Positions 49,061-61,900 of a DNA stretch of 64,000 nucleotides are shown piece after piece (position 1 is the first letter of the stretch; each line of letters begins with the position of its first letter). The position numbers were made by a program, and so were the translations under genes. A model generated the notes under the pieces. It was given only the letters and a program-made list of their open reading frames with translations. It was not told where the DNA came from and searched no databases. Where the stretch lies: NCBI GenBank assembly GCA_012295275.1, contig CM022666.1, positions 10,354,001 to 10,418,000 on the forward strand, in the 5' to 3' direction. The stretch comes from Chrysomallon squamiferum. Taxonomy: Eukaryota; Animalia; Mollusca.

Positions 49061-52000
49061 ATGGCTGGCCGTAACAAATATTCACCAAGTGGAGGCAAAG
49101 CTGTTTTTCGGACTATTAATCAGACTTATGCTCAACAAGGGTAAGCATTTTCCAGGTTACTTTGTTTTACACTTACTTACCAGTCATGTGTAGGTATGAC
49201 AGTTTTCAAGAGAAGCTATTGTATTTTTACAAAATATGTTGTTTTTTTTTTTTGTTTTTTTTCATTAGGGCAATTTTAAAGATATTTACTTATTATTGCT
49301 TAATAATTTATAATTAATTATTATTGTTATTGTTGCATATTTTTATATTTCCTTACAGAGAATTTTTTTTTTTTTTCTTGTGTTTGAATTATGAAATTTC
49401 AATATTCTGGATTATCAAATATTGTCTGAAAGTTAAACACAAAGTTCAGTAAAAGGCACACATTTTAAACTTTTAAAAAACATATACAACATAAATAACA
49501 AATAATCATTTAAAAAATTATAATAACAAAGATGGAAGAGACTAAGTGATGTGTATTTGTTGCTGTTTTTTCCTATAGGTCAAGTAAACTTGGTGTTGAC
49601 AAAATACCAATTACAAGATGTGGAATATTTTCACTTTCCACCCTGTCATGGCTATCTCCCATTATGTGGTCCCTCTATAGAAGAGGAGTAGGGTCTGTTT
49701 TATGTCTAACATGGTGGGAAGAAGATACTACACAATATAATGTTGATAGGTATGTTTATTTACTGATAGAGAGTATAATGCTGATAAATTGATACTAACA
49801 TAAAATAGAATGTGTTTTTCTAATGACATTTTCAGACTCAGTGTCTACTGGGAGAAAGAATTAGAGTCAGAGGGAACAGAAAGATCATCGTTTGGAAAAG
49901 CCGTTTACCAGACTTTCAGAAAAAGGCTGATCTGTTCAGAAGTTATTGTTTTATTAGCAGTAGCATTTTCTTTTGTTGGATCGGTAAGTTAATGCTTTTT
50001 GTAATTATAGTTTTTATCTATTTATACCTATTCCCAGCAGACTCATATGCACTTGCACACTCACTCACAATCATTGTTTGTTGGTAATAAAGAAGAAAAA
50101 CTGATGTTTCCACTATAAGAACAACTCTTTTTAGTTAACAGAAAGATATCTTTCAATAGTTAGACACTCATTTAGTAAAGCAGTGCTCTATTGCAGATCT
50201 CTAAATCTCCTATTTACACACTGGCATTTGTTAATCTTGTGTTACATTTAAAATGTGAATGGAAGAGATACATTGGTTTATGAATTTGTTAATTTGTTGT
50301 CATGAATTTGATTTTAAACCAGGCTATAATTCTCCGACTGCTGCTGGACCATATCCTGGAATCTAGTGCTGGAGTTGTCGAGGGAGCAGTCATTGTTCTT
50401 GGATTGATTCTCAGTGAACTTTGTCGATGTCTTTGCTTTTCTTTGGCATGGTGCCTCAACTACTGGAATGGTAAGTCTTTAAATGGTGAGGGGTAGAAGG
50501 AAAAATATATTAAATATGAATTTTGTGTTATAATTAAAATAATAATAATAATAATAAACAATTATAACAATAATTAAAAAAATAAAAATAATAACATCAA
50601 CACAGAATTTGCAATAATTGTTTATTTTGAGCATTGTTGAACGGTACATAATTTATTATTTGTTGGTCATTTTTCAGGTGTATTAAAAAAACACAACAAC
50701 ACTCCTTTGTATATCTAATTTCATCTTTGTATAATTTAGAGATTTAGGGTAGTAGTTCTAAATAAAGCCAGTGGAAAAAAAATGAATGTTGATTGTACAG
50801 TTTCAAATCATAAAAGAGCTTGAATCTAAATCGGATTTTAATTTAATAGTTTTAATAAATTTTATGTTTATTACAAACATTGCGTTGAACACAGAATATA
50901 AATTGAGTACAAATCCTGAATTAATCAAATAATTTGAGTTTGGTGCAGCTAAGTTAAATTAGACAGTAGTGTTTGTACTGAGTTGTTGTTAATGCATAAT
51001 TTAACACAAATTTTCAGTTGTACAAATGTCTGTTATGACACAACAAGTGAACTTAATACAGATTTGGTATAACTGAATCAGTTTTAGACACTGGTTTTTT
51101 GAATTGTAAAATGTCTGTGCTTAATACAGATACTTTAACCTGGTTCCCACACATCTCAGTTGTTTTCAAAATAAATGTTTATTATCTTCATTTGTGTTCA
51201 GTGTAGCAGTAAGTTGTTATATTTGCATCAGTGGTCTTAGCTGTGTGATGCAGCCTCATATTTATTGATCTGTGTTAACACTTTTCTGTTTTAAACCATA
51301 TTTGTACAGAAGTTTGGCTTCATAGGGTTTTTTTCTTATAGTAGTTAACAGACTGATCTCTATCAAATGTAGATAGATTGTTTCTAGTGTTTCTCTTGTG
51401 TGTGGATACTGACCATTTGTTCTGTTTGTTTGTGTGTGTCTGTGCATTCATACATACATTCATTGATCATTCTGTCCATTAAATTTATAAAGTGATTGTC
51501 AAACTGTTGATAAGTAATGTCAGTGAAAACTTTACTACATGGGTAATTACAGGCAAAACATTTGCTAACTGTTTTGGAAGACATGTAGGATTTGTATTAT
51601 CTTAATAAGATAATTATTATTTCCAGAAATCAATAAAAATAATAATTACATTGTTTCATATATTGACCTATTTCAGGCATCAAGGTACGAGGAGCTGTTA
51701 TGGGTTTGCTGTATAAGAAAATACTCAAACTGCGCAGTCTGAAGGACAAGAAGATTGGAGAGGTTCATTTTATCACTATCTTTATTTATAAAATATTTTA
51801 GTATAAAAATATTAGATACAGTTTTGGGGTCATGTTTTTCCCTACATTACCTCGTCTTTTTTAATACTGCAGCTAAAGTAATAGACAGCCAAGTCACTGT
51901 TAAGTTACAGTATTACAACAATCATTAGATCAAGTAAATACAAATTTTTATATATAAATTTAAATATAAAAATAGTGATTATAATTAATTATTTTTCAGC

Positions 52001-52636
52001 TGTTATTTTATGTGAATAGTTTTAAAATGAATTGATCTTTAATATTGTTTTTTTAACTATTTAATCTTTAATAATTTATTTTTAAAAACTTTATTTTGTT
52101 ATTATTTGGTTGCTTTTTTTTCCTGCTTTTTTTCAGCTAGTAAATCTGTGTAGCAATGATGGACAGAGATTTTTTGAAGTTATGGTAAATGGACCGTTTA
52201 TCCTGGCTGGTCCAGTAACTTTTATTGTTGGATCTGTTTATCTTGGTGTTTTGATAGGTCCCTGGGCCTTGATTGGAAGTGCCACATATTTTGCATTCTT
52301 TATATTATTAGTAAGTCACAGTATTAGTATTAGCACTGTTATCATCATCATTAATTTGTTATATTTATTATATTGCCTTGTCAGTATTATTAGTAATAAA
52401 CAAAGATATTTTTTCTGAATGAAAGCTATTATTATTTTTAATATTGTTTATATACATTAAAGTACTTTTAGCTGTTATTATTATCATCATCATCATCATC
52501 ATTATTATTAATATTATTACTGTGATTATTATAGTTATTGTTAATACAACTATATATACTGTATTTGAATAAAGTATATAAGGGAAGCAAAGAAATCTAT
52601 TTTACCTGAATGAAAGATAAAAAAAAAAAAATAAAG

Positions 52637-52671
<35 letters not shown>

Positions 52672-54116
52672 ATAATAATAGTAAATGTATAATTTACAGA
52701 AGTTTGTGAGTGACATAATGGAGAGATTCCGATCAAGGGCTGTGTCATTAACAGGGGACAGGGTGAGTGATGTCTCAGTCATAAACTTTGTTAATTCTCA
52801 TTGAAAAAACATCTTCATTTTCACATTTATATAATAACTGACTAAAATATTTTTTTTAAATATAGAATTGGTTTAAATATAAATATAAATATTTAAAATA
52901 GTTTAGAACATTTTTTGTTTAGATTCATTTGTGATGTATGTTTATTTGTGCGTGTGTAAGTAGTCATGTCTGTATGCTTGTGTGAGCTTGTGTGGTTTAG
53001 AGTTGTAATTTATTTGGTAAAATAACTGATATTAAATAAGTGTTTTAGATTATATTTTTATTATTATAATTTACATATAAGTTTATTGCAACAGTACTGT
53101 TTAGATTATGTTAACAACTAAAATATTATTAATGTTTAATAAATGTTTCATATTACACTGACAGCTGTTTTGTATTGATGTTAAATAAATTACTCGTATG
53201 TATACTGTAGGTGAGTCTGATGACTGAAGTACTCACCTGTATGAAACTTATTAAGATGAACTCCTGGGAAAAAGCTTTTAAAGCAAGAATCAGTGGTAAG
53301 TTATTTATTCATAATTTTCCCTCCCAAATTTGGAGATAATGACTTTGTAATAAAACTGAAACATAGTAACAGTTTGTATTGATTTTCTCTTTATCACTGG
53401 ATATAAACATATTCCTGATGAAAGGGAAAATGTCAGTCTCTATAGTTTCTAGTAGGCACACTGTTATTTTATGTCCGTACTTTATTGTTAGCAAAAGTTG
53501 GTGACTGAACGTATAAAAGAAAAACATTTCTGCTATTTTGTAAATATTGCACATGATAATGATCTCATTATAGCAGTAAATCTTAACTTGAGTACAGAAT
53601 GTCTAGCAGTGAGTATAAGAATATTCGTTTTTAATTAATAATTCTTTATGTGTTTTTTCTTATGTTGGTTTAACTTCAGAAAAAAGAACAAGTGAGAAGG
53701 TGGCCCTGGAACATGCATATTTTTTACAGAGTGTCATCACATCTCTGGTTCCCATGGTTCCTCTTATAGCAGCAGGACTCATGTTTCTAGCTTACATCTT
53801 ATCAGGAAATAACCTGAAAATGTCAGAGGTAAGCTTTTTTGACAAAAAAGTAATAAAAAAAATAACTGAAGAAGTATAAATTTATTATCTGGCATTGTTC
53901 ATGGTAAAACAGAAGGTAATGTTGAAAAAACTCTTTTGGTAAGAAATAATAGTTCTGGTAAATGATGATTTGTTTGTGACGGTTTTCATAAAGGCAAAAA
54001 TTATAGCAGTTCTTAATGAAATAAATAAAAATCAATATAATTTGGTACTAATTCAGCTATGTTCTTTATAATAATAAGACTACTACTACTACTACTATTA
54101 TTACTACTACTATTAC

Positions 54117-54158
<42 letters not shown>

Positions 54159-55906
54159 CATAAAGTTGTTGTTGAAGGTGATTATTGTGTGATCATCAAT
54201 ATTGTCTTATAAGAATTAAACAAAAATATTATTTGTGAAAACATATGAATGATAAATAATTGAAATATCTTAGAAAAATCCAAAAATCCTTGTTTTATGA
54301 TTTAATTAAGGCATTCACTGTGATAGCACTGTTATATGCTATCAGTCTGTCTCTGGGCTTGATGACTCATGGTGTGAAAACCCTGGCAGAAGCTTCTGTG
54401 GCTGCTCGCAGATACAAGGTATTTATTTATATTTATATTTCTTAAATTAGGTTTTGTTTTATTTAAAAAATTGATGGAATTAAAAATAAATTCTCTATGA
54501 GTTCAGTTTAATATCAACCAGTCAGTAAATCTGAGCAGCTACAGCAGTAAAAGATTAACAAAGATTTTAATAAAATTGCCTACTTATCAAGCTGTTGAAA
54601 CTATTATGCTAAATGTAAATAACTTTTTTTTTTATCAAACTGTTTTATCCACATATCAGATATTATTACTATGCAAATTTATGAATGGCACCATGTTTTA
54701 TTGAGGAAATTCTGATTATGGATGAAATTGGTGATGGTCAAGGGGAGATAACAGAAGATGATTTGTCTGTGAAAATATGCAATGCCACTTTCAGCTGGGA
54801 AGGACATGATAATGATGGTTAGTTTTTCAACAATTAATTAATTAATCAGAAAATGGTAATATTAAGTTATCGAACCACTCCACTATTGCCATCTGTTAGT
54901 GAAATAAATATCATGCTGAACTGAAGACATTATGCTACAACATGCTAACTCAATGTGACAATTGTTGTGTCATAACAGGTAATGTATATCAAAATGTATT
55001 AAGTGAACAAGTAATTTATTAAGCAAACTGTGTAGGGTGACTGATAGTAGTCAGTTATTAAGTGAAAGAACAGACATCTCTGTATTTAAAATATAAACTA
55101 CTGAAACTTGCTATGTTCAGAAATTGGAATTTAATAATAAAAAATATATATACATATATATTCCTAAAAGTGCCTTTTTATATTTAGAATTGTAAATCAT
55201 TTTTAAAATGGGACATTTAAATTAAGTGATTCAGATTATTAAACTAAACTAGAATAAAAAAGTGGAATTACTCTAAATTCAGTAGAACTTTTTTCTTTTT
55301 AATTACCTTTTTTCTTGTTGTTATTATATTAGGAGTTTTTGTTTAGTATTTTGCTTTTATTTTAAAAATTGATTTATTTTTAAAAAAAAGTAATTTGATC
55401 TGTTGTACTTTAACAGACAATTTAAGTGTGGAGTCTGTGATTGGTGGAATTTCAAAGGACGAAATACTTCAGACATATAGATATAGACAAACTGGCTCTC
55501 ACAGTTTGGACAACAGTGAGCACAGTAACATGGAAAGATCTCCACTGCTAGGAACTACAGAAAAAACCACTCAGCTGACAGATATTACTTTTGATATTAA
55601 AACAGTATAAAACATTTACCGTTATTTCAAAAAATAATTTTAATATTTGAACTCACTGAAATCTTTGTTTTAATCATTTTAGTTTCCTGTTATCCAGAAT
55701 GATTAAACCAGTGGTATAAATATGGAAAAAAAGATTTAAAATTTGAAAAATATTAAAATGCTCTGAAGATGTTTTATTGAAAATGTGTTATTATATTAAC
55801 TTTTTGGGGTTATTATTTCTTATTGTTTAATTTTGTTACTTTTCTTGAAAAAAAATAAAAATAATAACAGGAAAAACAATAAATAAATAGCAAGAGCATA
55901 TATAAT

Positions 55907-55939
<33 letters not shown>

Positions 55940-58900
55940 CACTGAAGATTACGTAACGTATGTGTTGTTTTCAGGGTGAACTTATTGGTGTATGTGGCAT
56001 GAGAGGCAGTGGAAAGACTTCTCTGCTCCTTGCATTACTAGGGAGGGTAAGTTACTCAACAGTATTCTGTTTTCCTTTATTGTTACATTCAGATACTACC
56101 AGTGTTGATATACCTTTATGTCTTTGCTGATATTATGTTGTCAGAATTAGAAAATACTGAAAGTTGTCAACGTATAAAGAAAATTGGTTTTCATGTGTTT
56201 ACATAAAACCATTGGAAATATATTAATCAAATTCAGGTGAAAAAAAGAACAAAACAATCAGGCTGAACACAATGGATAACAATGAAAAACAATGGATTTA
56301 TTTATCAACAATGAAAAATGAATGTTAAAAGATTTAGTTTTTTTATATTACCACTTTTTTTTAAAATTATTATTCTGTTTTAATATATCTTTAAATTTTG
56401 CTTTATTACAATAATTAAAGTTTTGCCAGAGAATTTTAAAAAAAATGTTTTTGTTTTATTTGACAGATGAAGTTTCTATCAGGTAAATATGCAGTCAAAG
56501 GCCGAGTTGCCTATGTCAGTCAGGAACCCTGGATAATCAATGGCACAGCACGAGAAAATATTTTATTTGGTAAAGTGAAAGTTGAAGAAAAGTGAGTAAT
56601 ATGATTGACCACATTTCTCTTGAACAGCATCTTGTTTTGAAAAACACAAAAAAGAAAATATGTTAAAATTTGTTCAAAGTTGTGGATGTGTTTTTTGTCT
56701 AAAGATGTTTAGATATTTTAATACTTTCATTGTCTGGATAAATATTTGATTATCTCATTAATGTTTTAAAAGTTTTAATTTATAAAAACAGTACTGTTGG
56801 TTCGTTTTTTTATTGTTATTTTATTGTTATATTTTTAAAACTGTAGATACAAGAGAGTTATTGAAGCATGTTGTTTGGATAAAGACTTTGACACTTTTGG
56901 AGCAGGTGATTGTGTTGAAGTGAGTTCTTTATTTAGTAAAATATTTATACATAGAATAGTTGTGTGAATCTGTGCAAGTTAAACACCAGTAGTATCAAGT
57001 ATTAATTTGTCTTTAGTCATTGACCCTTGTTCACTGCAGTAATTCGTAAGTTTTATACATCATAGGTATTAACAGTTCTAATTATTGGATTTTATAAGAC
57101 TAATTGGGAATAAATGTTAAGATTTGAATGATTAAATGGGAAATAAAATAATGTAGTAGTCATTCAAAATTTTAAATATAAATGAATGAAGGAAAATGTT
57201 TTTTCAAAGCTTTAAAATAATATGATTTAGATTGGTGAAAGGGGACTGAACATCAGTGGAGGTCAGAAACAGCGTATCAGTCTGGCACGTGCACTGTACA
57301 GTGACAGTGACGTGTATCTCCTGGATGATCCTTTGTCATCACTCGACATTCAGATTGGACGTCATGTATTTACCCACGGAATTAAGAGATTACTGAAAGG
57401 AAAGACTATTCTGTTTGTTACACACCATCTTGAAGTAAGTGAAATATGTGAATATAAAAAGGTTAGTCTATAGTATCTCTGATCTGGATGCAATATTATA
57501 ATGTAAAAAAGTTAATGGTTTTGCATGTTTTGTTAAGTGAATGAATATACTTAAGCAAATATTTCTACTGTTTACATTTCACAACTAACCACTGGTTTCT
57601 CTGCAAACAATGAATGCACAATTTTAGTATGAAGTTATGAGAAACATGATTTAGAATTTATAAATTTACAGATTTTTACTGATTCACAATTCCACATATT
57701 TTATATCAAAGGTTTTGGAATGTCCTTTCTGAGGGAATTAAAAAACTATTTATGAAATGCTTTTTCAGTATTTGAGTAGGTGTAGTCGGGTGATTCTGAT
57801 GCAGTCTGGGAAGATTGTAGAGATGGGAAGTCACCCTGAATTGTTGGAGGCTGATCACGACTATGCAGATCTCATGGAGCTTTATTATAGCAAGTATGAA
57901 CAGATACAGAAAGAGAGAATGAAGGCAAATAGTCTAACTGGACAAGGTATGTAATAAGACTCAATAAATACTCATCAGTTAAAAACTGACATTAGTTCAA
58001 TAAGAGTATGAAGTGTCTACCATTGCTTAAAACTTACTAAAATAGATACTGTTTTTATATTTGTTTAATCAGATTTAAGTGAACAAAGTATATCCACATT
58101 CAATAAATATATAAATTTTATTAGCAACATCTGTACACATTCTAAGTATCAGCTGTTAATTATATATTATCTCATTTTGCAAAAAGAAATATCAGTTTTA
58201 TAGACCAGATGACAATTTGTAAAGCATTTTTCAAAGTATCAAGTCATAGTTTTTTTGTTATTTTAGAATAGTGATGCTTATTTTACTTACATGTTTTTTC
58301 TTCCTTGCTATCAGAATTACTGCAATAATTCATTTGCTTGATGAATAAGACAAATATTTCTGAGCGATTGTTTAAATATTATTTTGTTTGTTATTCCCAC
58401 CTTTAACATATGTCCAGAAATTGGTTTTATACAATATTTCTGAGCGATTGTTTAAATATTATTTTGTTTGTTATTCCCATATGTCCAGAAATTGGTTTTA
58501 TACAATAAAGATGTTGTATCAGTTATAATATGTTGTTTTTGTTGTGTAAGATCGAACCACGCCACAGAGGGGCTTTTCCCGACTGTCTCGAAAAGTGCTC
58601 AGTCGTCAGCTGAGCCGTATGACTACTATGGAAGGACTACAACATCAGTACAGCATCATTTCCACCAGCAGCACAGTGTTTGGGGATTATGACTACGGTA
58701 TCTGAATATTACTGATTAATAATATTAAACAGATACAAATTAATACATTTCTAAAGCCAATTGTTTGAGGTTTTTTAATTTTTAAGTTTAGATAAAATAT
58801 CTGAAAATAATGAGGTTTTTTTTTAAAAAAAGAAGAATTTTATAATTACTATATAAGGATTTAGCATCTTATTTTATCTGCAGATATCCTCTACCCAATA

Positions 58901-61900
58901 AAAATAATAATGGCAACAACAATAAAATTATTAAAACTAATGATAATGTTAGGATTAAATAATATTACTAATATTAATAAAAATAAATTTTTCAAAAGAA
59001 AAACATTTATCAATGATAAAAATGTATATCAAACAAAATTCAAGTGATATAACAGAAATGTTGAAAGCAGAGTATAAATTATATTATATAGTTGATATTG
59101 ATGATGTGGTGGCTGGACAGGAAGATGACAGTTTTCACATCACTTGTGAAGCTTACAAAACATACATAGCCAGTGCTGGTGGATACTGCTTTGTCGCTCT
59201 CATTTTCATCTCATTTGCTCTCAGCATTGGCATTCAGACAAGCACCAGCTGCTGGTTGGCATATTGGCTTCATCAGGGTGATGGGGTAGGTGCATGTAAA
59301 TATATTCTTATATTTGTTGATTTGTTATTTCTGGTTTAAATATTAACACATATGATTATTCATGTTTGTTTTTAATTGAGATAAATGATTCTTTCTTTCT
59401 CTACAATAATGTATTTGTTAGTTTTTTGTTGACATGTAAGTATTAAAGCAAGTAAGTGTCTAACAATATATTCAATAATAGGTAAAAAAAAAGTTTAGTT
59501 TATTAATCACAGTATTATTATACCTTTTTATTTTGTTCTGTTATTTTTTATTTATTTATATTTGTGATAATTATGTATATATTATTTTTTGCTTCAGAAT
59601 TCAGAATCTTCCATCAAAAACAAAACTAGTGACACTGGCAGTGTTGCCAACAATCCTGATGTCCACTTGTATGCACTTGTCTACAGTCTGCTCATCATCT
59701 CCATGCTTATAATTGTGGCTATTCGAGGCCTTGTTTTTATGAAGGTGACAGATTTATTGTACTTTCAAAAACATTCATTACAATTAAAAATATCTGAACA
59801 AGATATAAATGTTTAGAATTAGTATACAAATTTGTATTTGCATACTAATATAACTGTGTGCTTTCAAGTTGCTTATTTTTCATGATTACTGATCTTTGTA
59901 ATAAAATAATAACTTAGTGATGTCATTTTGAATATACAAATCTAAAACTATCATTTGTTGACACAGAATTGGGTTTTTTTCATTCCAGTTTTAGTAAAGG
60001 TTAGTCATCAGAACAAATAAAACAATAATTTGAAATATTTTAATTTTTGATATTCATGCATTTTAAATCTGATTTTTATCACTGCGTTTCACTTATTATG
60101 GGATGAAACTGAAGTAATTAGATTTAAAAAATAAAATAAAATACAAGCATAAAATAGTGTTTTATTTTAAATGTTTTCTTTTTTTCTTTTTTCAGATATT
60201 ACTTCGAGCTGCTACACAATTACACAAAAAACTTCTTCAACGAACTCTCTATAGCCCAATGAAATTTTTTGATAAAACACCACTGGGAAAAATTATCAAC
60301 CGCTTTGCTGCAGATATGGATGAAGGTAAATTTTTACAAAATTGGAGTAACTATCAAATAAGTTTTGCTAGAAAATTATCATATTATTTCCCTGTTTTTT
60401 TGTGTTTTTTTAATGTTTCTAGCTTATTGGTTTCTAATTATGTCTTCTTACTTTTCCATCTGTTTATTTACTGTTAAAACTAACACTGTTGTTTTTTTAT
60501 ATTAAAATATAACTTGTTATATGACACATTTAAAATGGCATCTACATTTATTATTAAGAATTGAAATTCACATACACATGCACACACAGTAGTAAATGCT
60601 TAATAATGATAATATTAACAAAAAACAACAAAAACAAACAAAAAAGTCACATCAGTATTTTCCGTAAATTAAAGGAAATAATTTGGAATAATTGAAAGTG
60701 AATTTAAGATTAAAATAATTCTTTTATGTCCTTCTAAACAAAGGTTCAACAGCATACTAAGATTGTTTGCATCAGGAAATAATTTTGTTCATATGATTAA
60801 CCCAGTTTGTTCCATTTAATTTTGTTCTTTTTCTTAAACAATTTTTCAGTTGATGTTCGTTTACCATCCAATCTTGAGTTGTACCTTCAGTATGTTTTCC
60901 TTCTGTTGTTTTCCCTCATTATGATTTGTATCTTGTTCCCATGGGACCTCCTGGCTGTTGTGCCACTTTCTGTTGTGTTTTTTATACTGGCTTGCATGTT
61001 TACACCTATCTTACAACGGCTCAAGTTTATAGACAATCTCACACGATCACCATACCTCGGCCATCTGGCTGCTTCAGTGGAAGGCATTTCTACTATTGAT
61101 GTTTATGGGCAGTCTCAGAGTTTTTTTAAACAGTAAGGCTAATTAAGCATCGTCAACTCTTCTAGGTGTTTTTTGTTATGAAATAATAAGAAATGAATGA
61201 TAATGGACAAACACATTGACATGTGTTTTCTAACTTTAGAAAGGATCTGATAATGGTTCTGTTGCTATTAGCTGATAAAAGAAACCCTCCGAATAATGGA
61301 AGTGAGTTTCCTTTCTGATATTCATTCAAGAAACTGTTAATATGAAAATATATTTTGTCCATTAAATATCCTTTCAATAATTATGCATATGTTAAACAGA
61401 CATTTTCTGATATATGTATTTCAAAATTTTATAAACTTAAAAATAAACAAAATAATACCAGAATAACTTTATGAATAAATATTATTAATTGTGGAATGGT
61501 TATTTCAGATTCTGTGAAATGTTGGATATGAACACTGTTCCATTCTTCCTGTTTTATGCAGCAAATCGGTGGATTGCTCTTTTCCTTGATCTTATGACAA
61601 TTATTGTGATAGGTGCAACTGGGTTCATTGTGGTTTTCACAGTAACCCCAGACAACTCTGCAGAGGCTGGCTTGGCATTATCATTTGCTTTTCAGGTATA
61701 AACTGTTGCTGGCACTAATCAGATATAAAACCATGTTTATTATTTTTTCTTACAATGTAATCTAAATAAATAGTTGTGACAGAGTTAATGAAGGTTAATA
61801 TGTTTATACTGTTTCCATAATTCTGTATTCTTTGTATGATTATGTCAATGCAATTTATTCATTGTATGTATACATGTGACTTATTAGTACAGTATATGTA

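Noticed and set aside
39997-49061. Functional coupling of the IL-1-like gene and the divergently oriented ABCC exporter as a secretion system
   Set aside because: Only adjacency supports it. The starts are 9 kb apart, separated by transposons, and ABCC5-type pumps export small anions, not proteins.
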